IMG/VR virus record: IMGVR_UViG_3300009790_002068
Coordinates: 1 to 64,000 of that record
Length of the DNA stretch: 64,000 bases
From: a virus
Reading direction: 5' to 3' (one strand)
Position numbers and translations under genes: made by a program. A model generated the notes under the pieces. It saw only the letters and a list, made by a program, of their open reading frames with translations. It was not told where the DNA came from and ran no database searches. Shown one piece after another: positions 8,841-17,230 of this stretch; position 1 is the first letter of the stretch; each line of letters opens with the position of its first letter.

Positions 8841-11273
8841 ATGGCAAAACTATCCGAGATTACAAAAAAAGACCCAGTCGTCTATGTAGACATGGACGGT
8901 GTCCTAGCAAACTTCTTTGGTGCTTGGGCTAAAATGGTAGGTGTTAAAACTTACAGAGATATCCCACAAGACAGAGTTAATGCTACACTTAATAAAATGA
9001 TTGGCACAGACTTCTTTGCTAGACTTCCAAAATTTCCTACAACTGACAAACTAATTCAATTAGTTATAAACAGATTTGGTGCTTACAGTATATGTTCTTC
9101 TCCATTAAGAAACGATCATGAAAATAGTAAAAAGCATAAGATAGATTGGATTGGTAGAAACTTAAAAATTAAACCTCAAGAAACTATTATTGTAGCAAAC
9201 AAAACAGGCTATGCTAAACAGTCAGATGGAACACCTAACATACTAATTGACGACAGAGGACTTAACATTGAAAACTGGCGTAAGGCAGGTGGCTATGGAA
9301 TTAAGTATCAAGCTGATGAAGATTCTTTAGAAGTAGTAGCAAACGGATTAGATGAGTACACACAAAAGTACTTAGGTGAGCGTGGTCCAATGGGCATTAA
9401 CGGATTAACATACGGCGGATTTAGAAGACCTTTAAAAGTAAAAAAGTCTACTCCAGGTAAACTAAGATACCCAAAACCTAAAGGTTCTAAGATGGGCTAC
9501 AGAGCTAGTTCAGGACACGGGTTAAGCTACAAAAAGTATGTAAGAAAAGTTTACGAAGATGTTACACCACAAGACTTAAAACAAATTGAAGCCTATGCTG
9601 ATAGACTATTTTCTAAAGTAGGCATTGATGTAGAATTTACTAGACATTTTTTAGATAGAGTAAATGATGTTAGAAATGAAAAGCCTATTACTCCAGCAGA
9701 ACTAACACGATTATTTAAACAAGAATACAAATACTGGGCAAGACCTATTGCTCAAATGGGACCTGATGCTGAAGCAGTAATGAAAGATATGAGGACAGAT
9801 GTTAATGTTCCTTTTGCTTTAGTATGGGATAAAAAGAATAAAGAATTAGATCTTATTGCTAAAACAGTAATGAGGAAAGCAGACTTTAAAACTTCTAACA
9901 AAGAATTTACTGTTGAGAATGAAGAACTAGATACAAAAGCATTCAATGAAATAATGAATCCAGCGTTAGAAAAATTGGATAGCGTATTCAAAAAGAACAA
10001 GTTTGAAATAAGAATAGTTGGAGGTGCTGTTAGAGATATTGCTTTAGGTAAAACACCTAAAGATATTGACTTGGCATCAGATGCCACACCAGACGAAATG
10101 ATTGCTATGCTAGACAAAGAAGGCATTAAACATAAACCTACTGGACTAGAACACGGAACTATTACAGCAATTATAGATGGCGAAGGATATGAAATTACAA
10201 CGTTAAGAGCAGACACTAATACAGATGGTAGACACGCTGAAGTAGAGTTTATTCGTAACTGGAAAGAAGATGCTAAACGTAGAGATTTAACTTACAATGC
10301 TATGAGCTTAGACTTCGATGGCAACTTGTATGATTACTTTGAAGGCATGGACGACTTACAAGATAAAGTTAGTAAGTTTGTTGGTGATCCAGTAGAACGT
10401 ATTAAAGAAGACTACTTAAGAATACTAAGATATTTTAGATTCCAAAGTAAATTAGAAAGTCCTACTTGGGATCAAGAAACATTAAATGCCATTAAAGATA
10501 ACACTAAAGGATTACCTCAAGTTTCTGTAGAAAGAATATGGCAAGAGATGGGTAAACTATTAGTAGGACATAGTGTAATTCAAACTTTATCTTATATGTC
10601 AGCAACAGGAGTTGACAACGTAATAGGATTAGATACAAACAAGATAGCAAGATTAAGAGATTTAAAAAACAATACAGATCCTGTAATAGCATTAGCTGTT
10701 TTAGTTGATGATACATCTATTGCTAACAAGTGGAAATTAAGTAATGCTGAAGCATACGATTTAAAATTCTATATTGCTTACAAAAATAAAAACTTAACTA
10801 AACAACAAGCTGAACATCTAGTTATAGACGGAAGAGAAAAGTCAAAAGTTATTAACTTATTAAAGATACAAGGACAAGATAGTTTAGCTGGACACATAGA
10901 ACAATTCCAAGTACCTGAGTTTCCTGTAACAGGAAATGATCTTATACAACACGGAATGAAGCCTGGTCCCAACCTAGGCACTATGTTAAACAAATTAAAA
11001 GACTTATGGAAAGATAATGACTACAACTTATCAGCTGATGAGTTATTAAGTGCTGTATCTACTGAGTCTAAAAAGTTTGCTGTTGAACGTATGAATAGTA
11101 TGCTCGACGTAAACGAAGGTGTAGGTATTATTACCAAACAAAACACCACAAAGGATGTTAAGCCAGGCGAAATACGCCGACAAGCAAATAAACTTGGCTT
11201 AATGCTAAACAAAGACGAATTACCTAATCGTCTTTATAGGAGTTGGAAAAATGAAAGAGCCAAAACAAAATGA
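8841..11273 (+). CDS. multidomain protein: HAD 5'(3')-nucleotidase-like + unknown domain + class II CCA-adding/poly(A) polymerase family nucleotidyltransferase
   Basis: DMDGVLANF and ILIDD (NT5C-type HAD); VGGAVRD, DIDL, EITTLR, RRDLTYNA, EDYLRILR (CCA class II). Confidence 0.88.
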   Translation: MAKLSEITKKDPVVYVDMDGVLANFFGAWAKMVGVKTYRDIPQDRVNATLNKMIGTDFFARLPKFPTTDKLIQLVINRFGAYSICSSPLRNDHENSKKHKIDWIGRNLKIKPQETIIVANKTGYAKQSDGTPNILIDDRGLNIENWRKAGGYGIKYQADEDSLEVVANGLDEYTQKYLGERGPMGINGLTYGGFRRPLKVKKSTPGKLRYPKPKGSKMGYRASSGHGLSYKKYVRKVYEDVTPQDLKQIEAYADRLFSKVGIDVEFTRHFLDRVNDVRNEKPITPAELTRLFKQEYKYWARPIAQMGPDAEAVMKDMRTDVNVPFALVWDKKNKELDLIAKTVMRKADFKTSNKEFTVENEELDTKAFNEIMNPALEKLDSVFKKNKFEIRIVGGAVRDIALGKTPKDIDLASDATPDEMIAMLDKEGIKHKPTGLEHGTITAIIDGEGYEITTLRADTNTDGRHAEVEFIRNWKEDAKRRDLTYNAMSLDFDGNLYDYFEGMDDLQDKVSKFVGDPVERIKEDYLRILRYFRFQSKLESPTWDQETLNAIKDNTKGLPQVSVERIWQEMGKLLVGHSVIQTLSYMSATGVDNVIGLDTNKIARLRDLKNNTDPVIALAVLVDDTSIANKWKLSNAEAYDLKFYIAYKNKNLTKQQAEHLVIDGREKSKVINLLKIQGQDSLAGHIEQFQVPEFPVTGNDLIQHGMKPGPNLGTMLNKLKDLWKDNDYNLSADELLSAVSTESKKFAVERMNSMLDVNEGVGIITKQNTTKDVKPGEIRRQANKLGLMLNKDELPNRLYRSWKNERAKTK

Positions 11274-11535
11274 TAAATTACAAAGCGTTATTAAAGAACT
11301 TGACAGTATACTTGAAAGTCTCAACCAGGCTCCAACACAAGGTAAAACTAATCTAAAAACTAAAGCTAGTCATTACCTTGGGATAGGTGATAACAAAGAG
11401 TTAACTCGAAAAGAACAAAAAGTACTTCGAGCTAAAGTAAACAAAATAAGAACTTCAGAAAAGAAAAAAACAAAAGCAGAAGGAATAGAACTGTTTAAAA
11501 AAGTTTCATTTGCTTACAACAAGCCTAAAAAGTAA
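11251..11535 (+). CDS. basic hypothetical protein
   Basis: ORF with GGA RBS; Lys-rich. Confidence 0.55.
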   Translation: MKEPKQNDKLQSVIKELDSILESLNQAPTQGKTNLKTKASHYLGIGDNKELTRKEQKVLRAKVNKIRTSEKKKTKAEGIELFKKVSFAYNKPKK

Positions 11536-11550
11536 AATAACTATTAATAT

Positions 11551-12063
11551 ATGAAGATAGCCATTACAGGACATACGTCAGGTTTAGGGAAAGCCTGCTT
11601 CGATTATTATAACGACATACCTACTATTGGAGTAAAAGGTTTGAGTAGAACTTCTGGATTTGACATCACAGATCCAACTTCGATTGTAACTCATATTTCA
11701 AACTTCCATTACGATGTCTTTATTAATAATGCTTATGACGGCTTTGCTCAAGTAAACTTATTGTATGAGCTAATAAAAGATTTTAAGGGTAAGATAGTAA
11801 ACATATCTAGTAACAGTAGTGATGGTATTAAAAATAAAGTATGGCCGTATTCAGTACATAAATCAGCATTAGATAAAGCTAGTCAACAACTATTCCATAA
11901 CGGATATGATGTTACTAACATTAAATTTGGCTGGTTAGACACAGACAGAGTAAAGCACATTGACGAATCTAAAATAGACTTATTTGATGCTGTTAATACA
12001 ATAGATAATGTAATAAACAGTACTAGTAGAATTGAAACAATTACAGTGGCTCCTAGCAGGTAA
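11551..12063 (+). CDS. short-chain dehydrogenase/reductase-like protein
   Basis: ITGHTSGLG, INNA, NISS and YxxxK (YSVHK). Confidence 0.8.
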   Translation: MKIAITGHTSGLGKACFDYYNDIPTIGVKGLSRTSGFDITDPTSIVTHISNFHYDVFINNAYDGFAQVNLLYELIKDFKGKIVNISSNSSDGIKNKVWPYSVHKSALDKASQQLFHNGYDVTNIKFGWLDTDRVKHIDESKIDLFDAVNTIDNVINSTSRIETITVAPSR

Positions 12064-12071
12064 ATACTAGT

Positions 12072-12263
12072 ATGAGAGCAAAAGAGATATTAAAAGTTCC
12101 TAGTATTGAAATAGGAGATGAAATACTAGTTGGTAAGTTCAAAAACCGTAGAGCTACTATTACTGGCTTTACTAAAGATGAACACAATCAACCTGTATTA
12201 CTAACAAATAAGGGTAAACATAATCTATTCAAAGGTAGAATAGTAAAGTTGATGGACAAGTAA
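12072..12263 (+). CDS. small late protein (putative internal head protein)
   Basis: TAAATA 12061; N-terminus MRAKEIL. Confidence 0.6.
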   Translation: MRAKEILKVPSIEIGDEILVGKFKNRRATITGFTKDEHNQPVLLTNKGKHNLFKGRIVKLMDK

Positions 12264-12499
12264 TGAGAATAAAAGAGATAATTGAGGCCGCGACAGCAGG
12301 TGCTACAGCAAGTGGTAATGTAGCGTCAGTGGTTAATCCACACGTTGCTATAGGCAAAGATTTAAAGAAATACTCAGGAAAACCAGGTAAAATGGGCAAA
12401 ACGCCTAAACCACCTAAACCTAAGAAGCAAAAACCAACAGATAATGCCCTAGATATGAAGGGTACTAGCATATTTGGTGGTCCAATGCTGACACGATAA
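12263..12499 (+). CDS. small late protein (putative internal head protein)
   Basis: MRIKEIIE-AATAGATASG; K/P-rich tail. Confidence 0.65.
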   Translation: MRIKEIIEAATAGATASGNVASVVNPHVAIGKDLKKYSGKPGKMGKTPKPPKPKKQKPTDNALDMKGTSIFGGPMLTR

Positions 12500-12550
12500 T
12501 ATATTATTTTAAATAAATAACTTAAACAACTACAATTCGGGGTTAAACAA

Positions 12551-13039
12551 ATGAGAGCTAAACAAATAATCGTAAAAGAAGATTTATCCATGGACACTCG
12601 TGTAATGGAAACAGACCACGAAGTACAAATGGCTAGAGCTGATTTATTTAAACTAGCAAAGTACTCCGTTGAACTACACAAGATGCTTAAAAACGTATCT
12701 GAAGCTGAAGGCATTGAAGGTTGGGTACAGGCAAAAATTACTAAGGCCGCTGACTATATTTCAAGTGTAAAACATCATATGGAAGCAACACCAAGTGATA
12801 TTGAACTTGCTGTTAATGTTGGTCCAACTGATATGGAAGCTGAAAGTGTAACAGAATTAAAAAGTGAATTTACAGATGACGAAGTAAGAAAAGCTATTGC
12901 TATAGCTAACCATCCAGATTTTAAAGGTGGCAACTATACTGGAGCATCTGAGAAAATTAATAACATTAAACCTGGATTAGCTGATCATCCAAAAGTAGCA
13001 AGTGCTTTAAGAAAAGCTAACGAGAATAAAGGATCATAA
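12551..13039 (+). CDS. putative internal head protein
   Basis: TAAATA upstream; MRAKQIIVKE; EGWVQAKITKAADY segment. Confidence 0.65.
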   Translation: MRAKQIIVKEDLSMDTRVMETDHEVQMARADLFKLAKYSVELHKMLKNVSEAEGIEGWVQAKITKAADYISSVKHHMEATPSDIELAVNVGPTDMEAESVTELKSEFTDDEVRKAIAIANHPDFKGGNYTGASEKINNIKPGLADHPKVASALRKANENKGS

Positions 13040-13040
13040 T

Positions 13041-13634
13041 ATGGCAAACATAGACAATAATTCTTTTTCAAGTTTAGTAGCAAAGCTAAATGAGATGAGC
13101 GAAACAGATGAAAAAGCAAATAAACATAAAGAAATAAAAGTAATAAAAAAAGCAAAAGCTGAGCGTAAACATACCGACCCCCAAGTTAATGCTATGGCTA
13201 ACTTGCTTGAGTCAATTGATGAGACCAAGTCTAAAAAACCTAACCACTTAATAGGCAAAGAGAAAACAAAATCTGTCCCAGCAGGAGAAACAGATGGTAC
13301 AACGAAGAATCCCAACAAAGGTAAACTAGTTGGTGAGGCTGACCTTGATGAAGATTTAATTGCTTCTCTTTCAAATCAATTTAAAGACTTATTACACCCT
13401 AAAGAAGTAGCAACAGAAGAAGAACCTACACCAGAAGCAGTAGGTGAATTTGCTGAGCCAATTTATGCTTTATGTGATGAACTAGAATGTCCAGACCATC
13501 CTGTGTTTGATGATTTAGTTCGTTATTTGAGCGGTGATCAAATCAACGACTTTGTTGACGACTTTAGACGTAACCATGATATGGGAACACACGGCGAAAG
13601 CGTAGAAGAGAAGACCGACAATGAGAGCAACTGA
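13041..13634 (+). CDS. charged hypothetical protein (putative internal head protein)
   Basis: charged low-complexity ORF within the late cluster. Confidence 0.6.
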   Translation: MANIDNNSFSSLVAKLNEMSETDEKANKHKEIKVIKKAKAERKHTDPQVNAMANLLESIDETKSKKPNHLIGKEKTKSVPAGETDGTTKNPNKGKLVGEADLDEDLIASLSNQFKDLLHPKEVATEEEPTPEAVGEFAEPIYALCDELECPDHPVFDDLVRYLSGDQINDFVDDFRRNHDMGTHGESVEEKTDNESN

Positions 13635-14505
13635 TTTACTAGATAGAAAACTTTCCAAAGGCGAAGAAAAAGAAAAAGAACGTATCGTAAAAGGTATGAA
13701 AAAGTCTAAAGGCGACTTTAAAGATCGTTATGGTAAAGATGCTGAAGCTGTTATGTATGCTACAGCAACTAAAATGGCTAAAGAAGGTTATCAAATTTTA
13801 GACCCTATTGATAGAGAAAAGTATCAACCACGTGACGGACTTGAAGGTCCCTTCCAAACAGTAGTAGGCAAAGTAGTTTACTACGATCCAAAAGAAGGCA
13901 AATACTACGACCCTGATACAGATATGTATTTGTCATATGATGAATGGAAAGCATTAGACGGATTAAATATGGATCCATCAAGTGGTAATAGAACTACTCC
14001 TACATCAGAACATTGGAGTCAAGAAGACGAAGAAGCATACATGGACGGTTTAGACTTAATGGCCAAGTATAAAGAAAATGAGAAGAACAACTATCATTCA
14101 GAAAACGATTTACTATTAGCAAAATCATTTGGTACAGAGAAAGAAGTACAAATGATGGAGTTAATTATTAAGAAAAATAAAAGACAAGGATATACATCTC
14201 CAGAAGACTCTAAATGGATGTATAACAACATAAACAAAAAATATTACCCTAAACTAGTTCAAGCATCATTAGAAGAGGGTTATGGTAAAAAAGAAGTACC
14301 TAATTGTGTTCCTGAAGATGGTTCATCACATACAAGTATGAACAAATACGGACTTTCAGCAAGAAACCACGAAGGAAAGTTTTATTCATACAGACATGGT
14401 AAGATGACAGGTGTTTTTGATACAATGGAAGAACTAGCAAAGCATCAAGAAGAACTAATTAAAAACGAATCTAACACATCTATATTTGACGAAAACTGGA
14501 ACTAA
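13621..14505 (+). CDS. modular hypothetical protein (putative internal head protein)
   Basis: MRATDLL start; modules VMYATATKMAKE, YYDPKEGKYYDP, VPNCVPE. Confidence 0.65.
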   Translation: MRATDLLDRKLSKGEEKEKERIVKGMKKSKGDFKDRYGKDAEAVMYATATKMAKEGYQILDPIDREKYQPRDGLEGPFQTVVGKVVYYDPKEGKYYDPDTDMYLSYDEWKALDGLNMDPSSGNRTTPTSEHWSQEDEEAYMDGLDLMAKYKENEKNNYHSENDLLLAKSFGTEKEVQMMELIIKKNKRQGYTSPEDSKWMYNNINKKYYPKLVQASLEEGYGKKEVPNCVPEDGSSHTSMNKYGLSARNHEGKFYSYRHGKMTGVFDTMEELAKHQEELIKNESNTSIFDENWN

Positions 14506-14843
14506 TGAAAAAGACTATACAAGAAGAACTTAAATCTTGGAGCAAGTTAGTAAGCGATAATATTATTGCTGTAAATGAACTTGAAGTCGACGGTGTTCAA
14601 ACAGACAAAGAAGATGTTAAACTAAAAGGTGGTGTAACACCACAACAAATCTCAAAAGAATTTCCCGGTGTACAAGATCAAAGAAACTTAATACAAGTTT
14701 TAATGAAAATGAAACGTGGCGATAAAAATTATTCAAGACCTCAAATGATTGCGGCGGCAGATGCCTTTAAAGAATTACTAGGAAAAGATCCTCAAGATAC
14801 TCAAAGACTGATGATGCTGTTAAAACGTATCAAGACTGAGTAG
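14505..14843 (+). CDS. hypothetical protein (putative internal head protein)
   Basis: coupled start; MKKTIQEEL. Confidence 0.6.
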   Translation: MKKTIQEELKSWSKLVSDNIIAVNELEVDGVQTDKEDVKLKGGVTPQQISKEFPGVQDQRNLIQVLMKMKRGDKNYSRPQMIAAADAFKELLGKDPQDTQRLMMLLKRIKTE

Positions 14844-14937
14844 TACACAATCACTATACTTTGGTTCATACTAATAGCTTTCTGTATATTAATTCAACTA
14901 ATACTACTAGCATTGATCTAGAACGATAACTATTAGT

Positions 14938-15621
14938 ATGAACCTAAACCACATTAAAGATCTTGTAGCAAGACAAAACTCTACAATTACTCCTCCATTT
15001 GTTTTAGACAGTCCAGAAAAATGTTTGCTTGGTGTTAAACATTGGAATCAACACGAATGGCAAAACTTTGATTACAAGTATAATAGTGATGGCTTTAGAA
15101 CAACTTATTATGATTCAGGTATTGTTGCTATAGGAGATAGTTTTACTGAAGGTTGGGGAGCACCAATAGAACAACAGTTTACAAAACACATAGGTAAAGA
15201 TGTTATTAACTTAGGTGTTGATGGTGCTGGTAATGATGCTATTGCTGATATAGTTAACTGGTCAGTTAATAAATTCAACCCTCATACTGTTATTGTTATG
15301 TATAGTTACTTCCATAGATACAATGGCGAAAAACAATTTCAAGCAGACTGTACAAACGATTATCAAAATGCTTTAAGATTTATTAAAGCTGTTAACAGCA
15401 TAAGAGAAACTTGTGATAAACATCATTCTCTGAACGCTAAAGTAAAGCTAATAGAAACTTGTATACCTGACGACTTATACCTTGAAGATGAAATCGATAT
15501 CATAGATAACATCATTCCTAATAGAGTAAGATACGAACAAATAGATACAGCCAGAGATGGTGCTCACTTCGGACCTAATACTGTAAAATTGATTGGGGAA
15601 GAATTAGCTAAATACTGTTAG
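14938..15621 (+). CDS. SGNH/GDSL-hydrolase-like phage protein
   Basis: YNSDGFR, IGDSFTEG, NLGVDGAGND and C-terminal DGAH. Confidence 0.6.
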   Translation: MNLNHIKDLVARQNSTITPPFVLDSPEKCLLGVKHWNQHEWQNFDYKYNSDGFRTTYYDSGIVAIGDSFTEGWGAPIEQQFTKHIGKDVINLGVDGAGNDAIADIVNWSVNKFNPHTVIVMYSYFHRYNGEKQFQADCTNDYQNALRFIKAVNSIRETCDKHHSLNAKVKLIETCIPDDLYLEDEIDIIDNIIPNRVRYEQIDTARDGAHFGPNTVKLIGEELAKYC

Positions 15622-15634
15622 CGGAGCAACGAAA

Positions 15635-16552
15635 TTAAGCTGTATCTGGATCTTTAATAAATTCAGGTACAGCTTTTTCTACCTTTTTATCCTGACGTAT
15701 ATGTGGCACATACAACGGTGCTGGTGATAAGTTTGTAATAAAACTATCTTTGTCTTTAATCATTTTACCAATTTGCTCACCCCAATACACTAGATCCGGT
15801 CTATGCTCTGTTATAGAATCTTTAACGTTAAAATTTGTAACACCTGTATCTAATATAATTTTACTTCCTGCTACCATTAGAGGTAAAATAAATTTAACTA
15901 ACTGTGATACTTGATTGCTTGTATCTAGTTCTAGGAAAGCAACAGCTGGAGGAGTAATAGCAACTTCTTTACCTTTTTCAGTTTTCTTAACTAATAAGGA
16001 TTTGATTAATTCGTTTATTTCTGACTTTTTATATTTGTGTAGTTTAGTATCGCTATGTTCAATTAAAATACTATCTTTAGACCCATTACTCATAGTTTCA
16101 TCTGAGTATGTAAATGGCTCGTCGTTACCTCTAAAGCGTCTAGTAAACAAAAGTCTAACACAATTAGGACCACTAGTATATCTGCTACCTTCAAATGATA
16201 AATCATCTTCGCCAACCATTAAAATATCTGGTTTGACTTTATTATACCATTCTTCGGTTAAGTTATTAGCATTATCAAAGTATAAAGTGTGTCCACACTT
16301 TACAGAAGCAAATAGGATAGCAAGTGTATTAATACAAGTATGTCCTTTGATTACAATCTTTTTTGGAGAATGGTCAAATTTTACATTTGGTTTATCGCCT
16401 GCTTTGTGTATAATAGCACCTTCTAATACAGTCATTGTTGAAAAATAACGACCCCAATAATCTACTATTGCTCCAAACCTTTTTCGGTCGACCCAATTAC
16501 CATCGTCTTGGATTATCTTAAACTTTCCAAAACTTTCAAAATTTAAATCCAT
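15635..16552 (-). CDS. hypothetical protein, possibly a degenerate AMP-binding (ANL) fold
   Basis: AAGGAG RBS; weak resemblance to the N-terminal part of adenylating enzymes. Confidence 0.5.
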   Translation of the reverse strand: MDLNFESFGKFKIIQDDGNWVDRKRFGAIVDYWGRYFSTMTVLEGAIIHKAGDKPNVKFDHSPKKIVIKGHTCINTLAILFASVKCGHTLYFDNANNLTEEWYNKVKPDILMVGEDDLSFEGSRYTSGPNCVRLLFTRRFRGNDEPFTYSDETMSNGSKDSILIEHSDTKLHKYKKSEINELIKSLLVKKTEKGKEVAITPPAVAFLELDTSNQVSQLVKFILPLMVAGSKIILDTGVTNFNVKDSITEHRPDLVYWGEQIGKMIKDKDSFITNLSPAPLYVPHIRQDKKVEKAVPEFIKDPDTA

Positions 16553-16595
16553 TTATGTCTCCTTTAATTATATTAGTATGTATCCAGAAAAGAAC

Positions 16596-16624
16596 TTGAC
16601 TTCTACAGAAAGTGGTAGTATAAT
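16596..16624 (+). promoter_or_regulatory. sigma70-type promoter
   Basis: TTGACT-17 nt-TATAAT. Confidence 0.75.
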
Positions 16625-16660
16625 GTAAAGAATAATATTAAAAACGAAAGGAGATCCTTC

Positions 16661-16918
16661 ATGAGTGACAAAGTATTCAATCAAGATGAAAAATTAAAAC
16701 TTACCCAAATTATCAATGAGGGTATGACCGTAATGCAGGAAGTCGAGGACTTAAACGCCGGCTTGGCAGAAACAGTAAAAGCTATTTCTGAGGAAATGGA
16801 AATTAAGCCAGGCGTACTGAAAAAAGCAATCCGAACAGCACACAAAGGAAACTTTGGGGAGATTACATCAGACCAAGAATTGTTAGAAACTATCTTGGCC
16901 ACTGTTGGGAAAATATAA
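16661..16918 (+). CDS. T4 DsbA/GapR-like dsDNA-binding protein
   Basis: small helical protein with the pattern E..DL...L.E.VK...EE.EIKP..LKKAIR. Confidence 0.6.
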   Translation: MSDKVFNQDEKLKLTQIINEGMTVMQEVEDLNAGLAETVKAISEEMEIKPGVLKKAIRTAHKGNFGEITSDQELLETILATVGKI

Positions 16919-17199
16919 TGAATGCTATCGTCCAATTTTGGGCGAATTCATATAGAAGTGATAAAGTAGCATTTGGCTTTGAATTAACAAGTTTTGTTTT
17001 TACAGTACTTGCTAGTTCAATGTTGGCCGTAAATGCTGTCGATCCAGACTTAAGAATAATTTATCCATTCTTTTTTATTGGATCAACGACTCAATGTTAT
17101 GCCGCCTATAGAAGAGGAGCGGCATGGGTAATGTTATTAACTGCCTGGTTTGTTTGTGTAAACGTGTTAGGCTTTTTAGTGGCGATGGGATGGATTTAG
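16918..17199 (+). CDS. three-TM membrane protein
   Basis: three hydrophobic segments. Confidence 0.65.
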   Translation: MNAIVQFWANSYRSDKVAFGFELTSFVFTVLASSMLAVNAVDPDLRIIYPFFFIGSTTQCYAAYRRGAAWVMLLTAWFVCVNVLGFLVAMGWI

Positions 17200-17230
17200 A
17201 TAACTATTATTATAGGACACATAATCGAAT

